DNA of 32,000 nucleotides from Fibrobacter succinogenes subsp. succinogenes S85 (GTDB taxonomy: Bacteria > Fibrobacterota > Fibrobacteria > Fibrobacterales > Fibrobacteraceae). Made by a program: the position numbers and the translations under genes. Of the stretch, positions 1 to 7,875 are shown piece after piece; the first letter of the stretch is position 1; each line of letters starts with the position of its first letter. The stretch lies in assembly GCF_000146505.1 (NCBI RefSeq), contig NC_017448.1, forward strand, positions 3,570,001 to 3,602,000, read 5' to 3'. Below the pieces are notes generated by a model, which was given only the letters and a program-made list of their open reading frames with translations, had not been told where the DNA came from and ran no database searches.

Positions 1-1572
1 TTTAGTCGTAGCGGTTACGATATCGATTTTTCGCATAACCAGAACTTGACTCCCGATGCGAAGCATACGTTGAGTGGCCAGGGCTCGTTTGTAAGTAGCA
101 CTGATGTCCGTAAAAAAAATTCCTTGGAATCTAGCACTATTTTGAACCAGCAGGCGAATGCCTCGTTGGCTTACTCCGGTAAATTCGGCAACAACAAGAG
201 CTTGACGGTCAAGGTCTCGCAGAACCAAAACCTCACGACGGGGATGCTCGAAAGAGACTTGCCCGATATCCAGTACCGCATGAGCGGAAACCTTTTCAAC
301 TTTGAACTGGAAGAAGGCGAGGTGGCTGCCGAAGACGGCTCGTTCCAGTCGTTCCTTGAAAAGTTCAACTACAGTTTCACGAACCGCTTTAACTACAAGT
401 CGCATCGCGAACGTGATACAACGCTCAATAAGGATACGACGGCGCATTACCTGGGTTATACGGGAACATACACTTTGGATTACTCGGGTCGTCTTTTTGA
501 CGTGATTAACATTACCCCGAGAGCGACTTTTACTGGGTATTGGACGGGTACGTCCTGGCGCAATCCGAATGATTCTTTGTACAAGAGAAAACGCTATTTG
601 AGCTTTAATCCTGAAGAAGGGACTTATGGTAATGTAGCGTACAACCACAGTTATAGCTTGACTGCCGATACGAAACTTTACGGTATATGGGTTCCTGAAA
701 TTGGGCGCTTTACGGGTATTCGCCATGTGCTGTCTCCGAGCGTGTCTTATACGTATGCTCCTGAAATTGATACGGTGAAAACTTTTGCTCCACACCCGTA
801 CTTGGGACAGTACCCATACCAGCAAAAACAGCAGACAGTTGGATTCAGTTTGAATAACGACTTTGATATCAAGTACCTCAAGGTGGCGGGACATGTGGAT
901 ACAAGTCGTGGAGATTCTGCCAAGAAGGCTAAGGCGGTAGAAGACCAGTATGGCACTCGTCGCTTGCTTACGACTAGGCATAGTTTCTCGTATAACTTTG
1001 CGGCGGACTCGCTGAATTTCTCCGATATTTCGTCTTCATTCGGCTTCCAGATTTTGCCGGATTACATGTTTACCATCAATACGCGCCACAGCTTCTACCA
1101 TAAGTATGATACGAACCCGAACAAGGTAAGGTTCCCAGAACTCACGTATTGGGGCTATGAGCTTTCAAAGAGCTTCCACTGGAGCGGTACGTTTAATGGC
1201 GGTCTTCCTTCACAGCTTGAAAAGTATGAAATGCTCAATTGGTCTTTGAGCTTGGATTACCGCTATTCGTTCAGCAGTACTCGTGTGGCGAAGAATTTGT
1301 TCAAGGATAACATTTCGCATTCAACGGGTATCTCGGCAACGTTCCAGCCGACGGTCAACTGGGATGTTTCTTATAGCACCCGTTACGATTATAACGAAGG
1401 CAAGTTTGTCTCGCATGAATTTACGTTCAAACGTGTGTTGCATTGCTGGCAGCTCGATTTCACATGGACACCGACTGGCCCTGCCGCAGGTTGGAGCTTC
1501 TCCGTGTATGTCCGCGACTTGCCTGATATCAAGCTCAACGCAGGCAGCACCGATACAAAGAGTTATGACTAA
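1..1572 (+). CDS. Outer-membrane beta-barrel protein, LptD-like (C-terminal part; the 5' end lies upstream of the window)
   Basis: The frame is open from nt 1, and the track start at 46 is only a TTG. Composition is Y/S/T/N-rich, typical of beta-strands. The C-terminal HCWQLDFTWTPTGPAAGWSFSVYVRDLPDIK resembles the conserved C-terminus of FCB-group putative LPS-assembly LptD proteins. Confidence 0.6.
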   Translation, partial: FSRSGYDIDFSHNQNLTPDAKHTLSGQGSFVSSTDVRKKNSLESSTILNQQANASLAYSGKFGNNKSLTVKVSQNQNLTTGMLERDLPDIQYRMSGNLFNFELEEGEVAAEDGSFQSFLEKFNYSFTNRFNYKSHRERDTTLNKDTTAHYLGYTGTYTLDYSGRLFDVINITPRATFTGYWTGTSWRNPNDSLYKRKRYLSFNPEEGTYGNVAYNHSYSLTADTKLYGIWVPEIGRFTGIRHVLSPSVSYTYAPEIDTVKTFAPHPYLGQYPYQQKQQTVGFSLNNDFDIKYLKVAGHVDTSRGDSAKKAKAVEDQYGTRRLLTTRHSFSYNFAADSLNFSDISSSFGFQILPDYMFTINTRHSFYHKYDTNPNKVRFPELTYWGYELSKSFHWSGTFNGGLPSQLEKYEMLNWSLSLDYRYSFSSTRVAKNLFKDNISHSTGISATFQPTVNWDVSYSTRYDYNEGKFVSHEFTFKRVLHCWQLDFTWTPTGPAAGWSFSVYVRDLPDIKLNAGSTDTKSYD

Positions 1573-1574
1573 GT

Positions 1575-1613
1575 TAGACGAGAGAACGGCTCTTTGAGCC
1601 TATAGACGAGAGA
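1575..1613 (+). repeat. Direct repeat of the 11-nt word TAGACGAGAGA (1575-1585 and 1603-1613) in the 51-nt spacer just upstream of maf
   Basis: Read directly from the sequence. The second copy extends to TAGACGAGAGACGAAAGA and ends 4 nt (TGT A / tgt before ATG: 1621-1623 plus none; word ends 1620) before the maf ATG at 1624. The same word recurs at 28169-28193 and 29836-29849 on the minus strand. Confidence 0.8.
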
Positions 1614-1623
1614 CGAAAGATGT

Positions 1624-2199
1624 ATGATGACTGAATCTGAAATTGTACTGGCAAGCGGTTCGCCGCGCCGTTCCGAAATTTTAAGACAGTTGGGTGTTAA
1701 CTTCCGTGTGGTCGTCTCGGGCGAAGATGAAAAGCCCACAAGCACAAATCCGCTTGACTTCCCGCGTGAAAATGCCTGCATCAAGGCGTTGTCCGTATCT
1801 CGCCAGGAACGCGATGCGTATGTGCTCGGTTTTGACACGCTCGTTTTTTTGGACAACGTTCCGCTGGGCAAGCCCAAATCCGAAGCAAATGCTATTGAAA
1901 TGTTAAGCAAACTAAACAATCGTAGCCATTTTGTAATTACAGGTGTCGCCATTGCACGTAACGGCGAAATCCTTAGCGCGTCCGAAGAGAAAACAGAGGT
2001 GTTTTTTAGAAACTGCACCTTACAAGAAATCAAAGATTATGTAAATTCTAAGGACCCGATGGACAAGGCTGGCGCTTACGGCATTCAGACGAATGGTGCG
2101 CGCTTGATCAAGTCTATCAACGGTTGCTACTACAACGTGGTTGGGTTACCAGTTGCACGTACACTGGAAATGTTGGATGGTTTACAAGTTAGGGTATAG
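1624..2199 (+). CDS. maf: Maf-family nucleoside triphosphate pyrophosphatase (septum formation protein Maf)
   Basis: N-terminal LASGSPRRSEILRQLG motif, KAGAYGIQ motif and ~190 aa length are typical of Maf. The start could be ATG 1624 or 1627. Confidence 0.9.
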   Translation: MMTESEIVLASGSPRRSEILRQLGVNFRVVVSGEDEKPTSTNPLDFPRENACIKALSVSRQERDAYVLGFDTLVFLDNVPLGKPKSEANAIEMLSKLNNRSHFVITGVAIARNGEILSASEEKTEVFFRNCTLQEIKDYVNSKDPMDKAGAYGIQTNGARLIKSINGCYYNVVGLPVARTLEMLDGLQVRV

Positions 2200-2202
2200 C
2201 AA

Positions 2203-3147
2203 ATGATTCAGTTGGAAGAGAAAAATCCAAACGAACGCCTTGGTGACTTCTTGGCCCGCGTTCGTGAATCTCAAGGACTTACGATTGAAGATCTTTCCGA
2301 ACGCACGAAAATTTCGGTGAAGATGCTTCATTTCATTGAATCGAGTGACTGGAAGTCTTTGCCGGTTGAAGCTTATGTCCGTAGTTACCTGAACTCCGTG
2401 AGCTCAAAGCTTGGCTTGGATACAAAGGCCATCCTTAAAATGTACGCCGAAGAAGTGGGCTCAAGTTACGAAGTCCGCGAGGCGGAACCCATCAAGAATA
2501 TTGCTCCGATGACGGAAGAAGAAAAGAAGCCGCGTAGCAAGGCAGTGCCTATTGCTATTGTGGTTATTCTCGTTCTCTTGGTGGTCGGGCTCCATTTTGT
2601 GACAAGGGAAAATTCTTCTTCTGACGCTAGTGCCAATCCGCCATCGGTGGTTGCTGCCGAAGACTCTACGGAAGTCAATCAGGATATGCCTGAAGGTGCA
2701 ATCAAGGTCCCGGTTGATTCCATCAAGGATGAAAAGAACGAGAAAGTGACGCAGGCCGAAGTCGACAAGGCTGTGAAAAAGGCTGAAAATCTTCCGGCAT
2801 CTGCAACAATTTTTATCTCTTCGACGTCCAAAAAAGATACGGCGACGGTGACGGGTCCGGTTTCGGATAACGGCCGTACTCGAATTGAACTCGTCGGTTC
2901 TGGCGAAATGCGTTCTTGGGTTGGCATCAAACGCGACGAAGACGATGATGATTTTGTGAAAGAAGCGAACATTGCGACGGTTGACAACAAGCTTGTCTAT
3001 ACTGCTAGCGGTACGCTTTACATTGTGATTGGTGAACCGCGTGCCATTGGCAAGATGTACTTGAACGGCGTGGAAACTCCGGTGCCTGTGCCGAAGTTTG
3101 GCCGCGTGGCTCGCTTTAGCGTTTATGACGGTCGTGTCCTTAAATAA
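2203..3147 (+). CDS. RodZ-like protein: N-terminal XRE-type HTH, one TM helix, C-terminal DUF4115-like domain
   Basis: HTH segment LTIEDLSERTKISVKMLHFIE; hydrophobic helix AVPIAIVVILVLLVVGLHFV; acidic linker; C-terminal beta-rich domain. Sits 3 nt after maf, a position RodZ-like genes commonly occupy. Confidence 0.6.
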   Translation: MIQLEEKNPNERLGDFLARVRESQGLTIEDLSERTKISVKMLHFIESSDWKSLPVEAYVRSYLNSVSSKLGLDTKAILKMYAEEVGSSYEVREAEPIKNIAPMTEEEKKPRSKAVPIAIVVILVLLVVGLHFVTRENSSSDASANPPSVVAAEDSTEVNQDMPEGAIKVPVDSIKDEKNEKVTQAEVDKAVKKAENLPASATIFISSTSKKDTATVTGPVSDNGRTRIELVGSGEMRSWVGIKRDEDDDDFVKEANIATVDNKLVYTASGTLYIVIGEPRAIGKMYLNGVETPVPVPKFGRVARFSVYDGRVLK

Positions 3148-3158
3148 GAGGTGCTAAG

Positions 3159-3743
3159 ATGCGTTCTTCTAAGATTTCTCGTAAGACGAGTGAAACCGAC
3201 ATTCAACTTTTCTTGAACTTGGACGATTGCTCGAGAGGCAAGATTAGCTCGGGTTCGGGCTTCTTGGATCACATGCTGAATTTGTTCCAAGTACATGGCG
3301 GATTCCATCTCGATTTGACCTGCAAGGGCGATACCGAAGTCGATATGCACCATAGCATGGAAGACATCGCCATCGTGCTTGGCCAAGCTCTCGTTGAATG
3401 CCTCGGCGACAAGAAGGGCATCGAACGTTATGGCTTTTACTTTGTCCCGATGGACGAAGCCTTGAGCCGCGTGTGCATTGACTTTAGCAACCGCATCGGC
3501 TTTGTCTGGAACGTGAAGCTCCCGGCTGCAACTGCAGGCGGAATCGAAGCAAGCATGTTCGAACACTTCTTCAAGAGCCTCTGCGAAAATGCCCGCATGA
3601 ACTTGCATGTGGAACTCTTCTACGGCAATGACAATCATCACTGCCTAGAATCCATCTTCAAGGCTTTTGCACGTGCCGTCGCTATGGCTGTTGCTCCTTC
3701 CCGCAATGTGAAGGGCGTCCCCAGCAGCAAGGGTGTGCTTTAA
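3159..3743 (+). CDS. hisB: Imidazoleglycerol-phosphate dehydratase
   Basis: RKTSETDI, GFLDHML, EVDMHHSMEDIAIVLGQAL and NDNHHCLESIFKAFARA are hallmark IGPD motifs. An AAGAGG Shine-Dalgarno sequence lies upstream. Confidence 0.95.
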   Translation: MRSSKISRKTSETDIQLFLNLDDCSRGKISSGSGFLDHMLNLFQVHGGFHLDLTCKGDTEVDMHHSMEDIAIVLGQALVECLGDKKGIERYGFYFVPMDEALSRVCIDFSNRIGFVWNVKLPAATAGGIEASMFEHFFKSLCENARMNLHVELFYGNDNHHCLESIFKAFARAVAMAVAPSRNVKGVPSSKGVL

Positions 3744-3782
3744 TTCAAAAAATCGTTTTTCACATATTGTAAAGTATTTCGT

Positions 3783-3808
3783 GGCGAAACTTCGGTTTCG
3801 CCATTTTC
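3783..3808 (+). terminator. Rho-independent terminator after hisB
   Basis: Perfect 8-bp stem GGCGAAAC / GTTTCGCC with a TTCG loop, followed by ATTTTC. Confidence 0.75.
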
Positions 3809-3926
3809 TGTAAAATTTTGCGACTTTGTAGCAATTTTGACATAATTATTTAAAGCCTTTTTACAAAAAAGTATTTTTCAAAAGCTTTATATTTTGCGTC
3901 AGTTTGGGTGATTTAGCGAGGATGAG

Positions 3927-4985
3927 ATGAAGGTGATTTCTACGACATTGAAATTGGCGTGTTGCCCTTTGGCTTTCTGCGATATGGCGTGGGCTAAAAG
4001 CGATGTCGACTATCGTAAATCGCTAAGTAAAGCTCGCGTCTATATGGTGGCTAAAAAGCCTCGTCTTGATTTTTGCAATGTGAAATTTGCGGGCCATAAA
4101 ATTGATCTTGACCTTGTGAGCGAATGCGGTCGCGTAAGCGTTTCTATCCCTGCCGATGAACCGCTTTTTAAGCCGAGCGAAAAGAAAACGCTTGTCGTCG
4201 ATGTGGGGATGGATGTGCCTCATATCCTTACTAAAGATGAAGTTGTCGCCAAAACTCATGGAATGAAATTCTATGAGATTGATACGGCATTCTATGAAAA
4301 GGCAAGCGACAAGGAACTGAAAAAATGCCTGGACGAAGACGCCTTTGTGGCGTGGCTTACGCCCGAAAAACTCTTGTACCTTTATTCGAATAGATTGATT
4401 CGAATTCCGAACTTGGATAAAACCAAGTGCTTCCTTTGGAATTACGAACCGATGTTTATCGGGAAGGTTGTGCGACCGGTGGTGAAAAGAGCGGATTTGC
4501 GCCATGCTCGTGAACCCTTCCTTGATATGCTTGAATCTGAAATTGAAGATTGCGAGGATATTCGCGATGACGTTGTGCTCCTGTTCTTTGATGTCGAAGA
4601 GCGGGATAATAGCCTTTTGATCGGCAATGCGGTTTCGATTAATGAATTCCAGCTCCTTTTAAACGGGCTTGCTTTGCCGTCTATTGATTTGCTTGCGATG
4701 GATGCCGAGAACGTCTTTATCGAAAAATTCAAGCCCAAGTACAATGCCGCGCTTTTCCATCCGTACCTGAGCGGTGCGGACGATACGCCTGATTCCGAAT
4801 ATGATGCCATTGATTACGCTATTGATGACTGGATGACTCTTGTATTCAAGGGCATGAAATGGTATGGCGGGCTTGAAGGAAATTGCTTGGTGTATAGTAA
4901 AGGCGATGGCCTGCGTGTCATGCACCCAACGGATTTTGATGATTTCTTGGAACGGAAGTTTATCGAATCCGTGCTTGCGTGCTAG
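3927..4985 (+). CDS. Hypothetical protein (352 aa) with a possible GIY-YIG-like nuclease motif in its C-terminal half
   Basis: Long ORF with a GAGGA Shine-Dalgarno sequence 5 nt upstream. No family recognised overall. MFIGK...RADLRH (nt 4431-4511) and AENVFIEKFKPKYNAAL (nt 4704-4748) resemble the YIG / R..H and E..LI...P.YN elements of GIY-YIG domains. The N-terminus is only weakly signal-peptide-like. Confidence 0.7.
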   Translation: MKVISTTLKLACCPLAFCDMAWAKSDVDYRKSLSKARVYMVAKKPRLDFCNVKFAGHKIDLDLVSECGRVSVSIPADEPLFKPSEKKTLVVDVGMDVPHILTKDEVVAKTHGMKFYEIDTAFYEKASDKELKKCLDEDAFVAWLTPEKLLYLYSNRLIRIPNLDKTKCFLWNYEPMFIGKVVRPVVKRADLRHAREPFLDMLESEIEDCEDIRDDVVLLFFDVEERDNSLLIGNAVSINEFQLLLNGLALPSIDLLAMDAENVFIEKFKPKYNAALFHPYLSGADDTPDSEYDAIDYAIDDWMTLVFKGMKWYGGLEGNCLVYSKGDGLRVMHPTDFDDFLERKFIESVLAC

Positions 4986-5025
4986 AAATATTTTGTCAAA
5001 CCTTCCACCGAGCGGGTATCTCCTT

Positions 5026-5046
5026 TATGAAACATTTTGTTTCATA
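5026..5046 (+). terminator. AT-rich hairpin after the 3927..4985 gene (weak terminator candidate)
   Basis: TATGAAAC(A) ttt (T)GTTTCATA forms an 8-9 bp stem, but it is not followed by a clean T-tract. Confidence 0.3.
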
Positions 5047-5049
5047 TAC

Positions 5050-5089
5050 TTAAATAAAAATCTGTAATTTTAAATAAAAATTGTTAAAT
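5050..5089 (+). repeat. Imperfect 2 x 20-nt tandem repeat (TTAAATAAAAAT...) in a very AT-rich spacer
   Basis: TTAAATAAAAAT occurs at 5050-5061 and 5070-5081. It lies inside the 192-nt AT-rich region upstream of the TIGR02147-type gene. Confidence 0.7.
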
Positions 5090-5177
5090 TTAGAGAAATT
5101 TTATAAAATTTGTTTTATTCTTATTGAATTTTAAAGCAACGTAATTTATCTTTATTGGTGTAAAGGTTACCCATAAA

Positions 5178-6014
5178 ATGAAATCCGTTTTTGAATATAG
5201 AGATTACCGCGAGTACATGCGAGATTTTTACGAGAGCCGTAAAAAGTGTTCCGCATTTACGTGGCGTGAGTTTGCTAAACTCGCAGGCTTCTCTTCATCG
5301 GGCTTCTTGAAATTAGTCTGCGATGGCAAAACGCGCCTTTCGAAAGTGGGCGTTGAAAAAGTCTTGCCCGCAATGAACTTGTCTGGTGCGCAGGCTGAAT
5401 ATTTTCGTGCGTTGGTCGAATTTTGCGATTCTGCTCGCTCTGATGTCCGTCAAGTCGCTTTTGAACGGATGATGAAAATTGCGCAAGAAAACAAGATTGA
5501 TTTTTTAGAGGCAAAGTCGTTTGAATATTTTTCGTCGTGGGCAAACCCGGCACTCAGGGAACTAGCCCCGATTATGAAGGGCGCAACGCCTCTTGAAATG
5601 GGACATGCTCTTGTGCCTGCCATTTCTGCTGCCGAAGCTCGTGAATCCTTGGAACTTCAGGAATCGCTTGGGCTCTTGAAAAAAGATGAATGCGGAAATT
5701 ACGTGCAAACAAGCGAAGGTGTTTCGAGCTCTCGTGAAGTTATCTCGGCGACGGTCGTCAATATGCAAAAGCAATATGCGCATCTGGCCGCTGAATCCCT
5801 AGAACGCTACACGCGAGAATATCGCCATATCTCGGGAATGACGATGGGCCTTGATCGAGAAGCGTATGAGCGCTTAGCCGCAGAACTTGATGCGTTCCGC
5901 AAAAAAGTAGTGGAAATTGTATCAAACGTGAAAAGTTACGATCGTGTTTATCGAATGAATTTACAGCTCTTTCCTTTGAGCAAACAAGTTGGAGAAAAAA
6001 ATGAAAAAGATTAA
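5178..6014 (+). CDS. TIGR02147 / DUF4423-type protein (Fibrobacter paralogous family) with an N-terminal HTH-like segment
   Basis: N-terminal YRDYREYMRDFYESRK...FTWREFAKLAGFSSSGFLKLVCDGKTRLS and ~275 aa length match my memory of the TIGR02147 family. The function of that family is unknown. Confidence 0.75.
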   Translation: MKSVFEYRDYREYMRDFYESRKKCSAFTWREFAKLAGFSSSGFLKLVCDGKTRLSKVGVEKVLPAMNLSGAQAEYFRALVEFCDSARSDVRQVAFERMMKIAQENKIDFLEAKSFEYFSSWANPALRELAPIMKGATPLEMGHALVPAISAAEARESLELQESLGLLKKDECGNYVQTSEGVSSSREVISATVVNMQKQYAHLAAESLERYTREYRHISGMTMGLDREAYERLAAELDAFRKKVVEIVSNVKSYDRVYRMNLQLFPLSKQVGEKNEKD

Positions 6015-7866
6015 TTTGATGCAAAATTTATTTGCCATGAGCCTTGCTTGCGTAACGGTTCTTTCGGGGGTATCGCTACTTGCGGGGTGTTCCGGTTTTA
6101 CCGAAGATACGAATACATCTTCGAATGATAATGGCGGACTCATTGATGTGCAGGCTGCTTTTGCTTCTGCACGCGTGTCGCAATTGGGCAAGGTTATTGT
6201 TGATGAATCTCAGGATTCTTTAACGATTGTTTATGAAACTTTTGGCGGATGCGTAAAGAATGATAATGGCGTTTATGCCTATAACTCCGATTTCTATTTT
6301 GCAAGTTCAAGGACTTATGCATATGATTTCCATGGTGATACGCTTGTCTTGTCCTGTGATTTAATAGACCAAAAGAGCGGCTATCAACAACATATAATAT
6401 CCTATCTTATTGGAGGTAATCCTGGTGAATTGGATGGTATATGGCTGTTTTTGCCTTGTTACTCATTAGGTGGTGAACGCATTTGTTCTAATGAAATGGA
6501 AAATTTATTTATCCAATTCAATAATGGAAGTGTGGAAACCCGTGTTTCTGAAAATAAAACGTATGATTATATGAATTCTAGCTTTGTTCATAATCTTGCG
6601 TTATTTATGACGGGACATGAAAATCGTATAGATTTTGATTTGCGCGGTCAAGTGATGAGTATGGATAATGATCTTTCAGGTAAAGGATTTACAGTTCAAG
6701 AAAGAACGAATAAAAATATGAAATTCGTTTATAAAGAACATGAATACGAACTGAATGTAGATTATGTCCAAATAAACGATTCTGCTGCTGTAACTTTGTC
6801 CTCTGAAGGGCTGTCTTGTACAGCTTCTTTGAGTGAACGTGATAATGTTTCTTCTGAAATTTGCCGCGAAGAAAATGCAGATTATCTTTATGAAAATGAC
6901 AAAGGAAGCTTGAGCTATCGCAAAGACAATAGTGATGAATTTGCAAGTTGCGTGAAAAGCCTTGTTCGTCGTGGAACGAATACATCTTCAAATGATAAGT
7001 CTGGAAATGTTGATGTGCAGACTGCATTTGCATCGGCTCGTGTGATGTCTTCAGGTAAAGTGTTTGTCGATGAAGTTCGTGATTCGATTACGTTTGTTGC
7101 TGAAAAATTTGGGGGTTGCATCAAGAATGGTGAATCATTTATGTATGATTCGGATTTTTATGACAGTGATACGAATAAGTATGCCTATGGTTTCCGAGGA
7201 GACACTTTGATGTTTATGCAACCGGCTATACTCTATCAAGATGGTCACGGAGATTCTGTATCGGCTGCGACAATGTTCTATGTTGGTGGAACGTCTGGAA
7301 AGCTTGATGGAATCTGGAAATTTTTGCCATGCAGAAAAAATATGGCAAGTGGTGAAGTTGCGTGTCAAAATGATGCTTATAATTATTATTTAAAAATTGA
7401 TAATGGGAAAATGGAAGTCCGTATTGCAGACCATGAGGACTATGATTACATGAATTCGGTTTTTGTCGAAGAATTATTCATGTTCTTGAATAACAAAAAC
7501 TCTATTCAGATTGAAACTCAGTTCTATACTACTCACGGTGCCGAATCTGTTGCTGAAAATTATGGAATTACGATTCAAGAAAAAACGAATAAGAGTATGA
7601 AGTTTAGCTATGCTGGGCATGATTTTGATTTGAAATTGAATTATGCGAAAATTATGGACAGTGTGTCTGTAACATTAACCTCGGGAAATGTTATTTGCAA
7701 TGGATTTAATCGCGAAATTCCCGATATTACGCAAGATCAGTGCAATGAAGATAACGCACCCTATTTAAATGAAATGGAATCGGGGGTGTATGGAATAAGA
7801 ATGCAAAATTCCTATGAATTTGAAGATTGCATCAACGGTATTCTTGGCAGAGAATTAAACGAGTAA
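6001..7866 (+). CDS. Cys-rich lipoprotein built from two ~289-aa tandem repeats
   Basis: ATG 6001 is preceded by GGAGA (5991-5995). Signal peptide plus lipobox LLAG|C (Cys codon 6088-6090). Overlaps the upstream gene by 14 nt. The track start at 5989 is a TTG and less likely. Visibly AT-richer than its neighbours. Confidence 0.85.
   Translation: MKKINLMQNLFAMSLACVTVLSGVSLLAGCSGFTEDTNTSSNDNGGLIDVQAAFASARVSQLGKVIVDESQDSLTIVYETFGGCVKNDNGVYAYNSDFYFASSRTYAYDFHGDTLVLSCDLIDQKSGYQQHIISYLIGGNPGELDGIWLFLPCYSLGGERICSNEMENLFIQFNNGSVETRVSENKTYDYMNSSFVHNLALFMTGHENRIDFDLRGQVMSMDNDLSGKGFTVQERTNKNMKFVYKEHEYELNVDYVQINDSAAVTLSSEGLSCTASLSERDNVSSEICREENADYLYENDKGSLSYRKDNSDEFASCVKSLVRRGTNTSSNDKSGNVDVQTAFASARVMSSGKVFVDEVRDSITFVAEKFGGCIKNGESFMYDSDFYDSDTNKYAYGFRGDTLMFMQPAILYQDGHGDSVSAATMFYVGGTSGKLDGIWKFLPCRKNMASGEVACQNDAYNYYLKIDNGKMEVRIADHEDYDYMNSVFVEELFMFLNNKNSIQIETQFYTTHGAESVAENYGITIQEKTNKSMKFSYAGHDFDLKLNYAKIMDSVSVTLTSGNVICNGFNREIPDITQDQCNEDNAPYLNEMESGVYGIRMQNSYEFEDCINGILGRELNE
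6109..7863 (+). repeat. Intragenic tandem duplication, period 867 nt (289 aa)
   Basis: Both copies open with ACGAATACATCTTC(G/A)AATGATAA (TNTSSND) at 6109 and 6976. Shared landmarks include DVQ.AFASARV, F(V/I)..E.FGGC(V/I)KN, LDGIW.FLPC, YDYMNS.FV, T(V/I)QE(R/K)TNK.MKF and conserved Cys spacing. Confidence 0.9.
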
Positions 7867-7875
7867 GATGTTCTT

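Noticed and set aside
3927-3995. The N-terminus of the 352-aa protein as a Sec signal peptide (MKVISTTLKLACCPLAFCDMAWA|K).
   Set aside because: The hydrophobic core is interrupted by Lys and Asp. An A-x-A site is present, but the overall pattern is weak, so localisation is left open.
3744-7875. Whether the hisB-epmB island is a mobile element or genomic island in the strict sense.
   Set aside because: I found no integrase, transposase or recombinase, no adjacent tRNA, and no flanking direct or inverted terminal repeats. Only compositional and functional oddity supports accessory status, so it is not called a mobile element.
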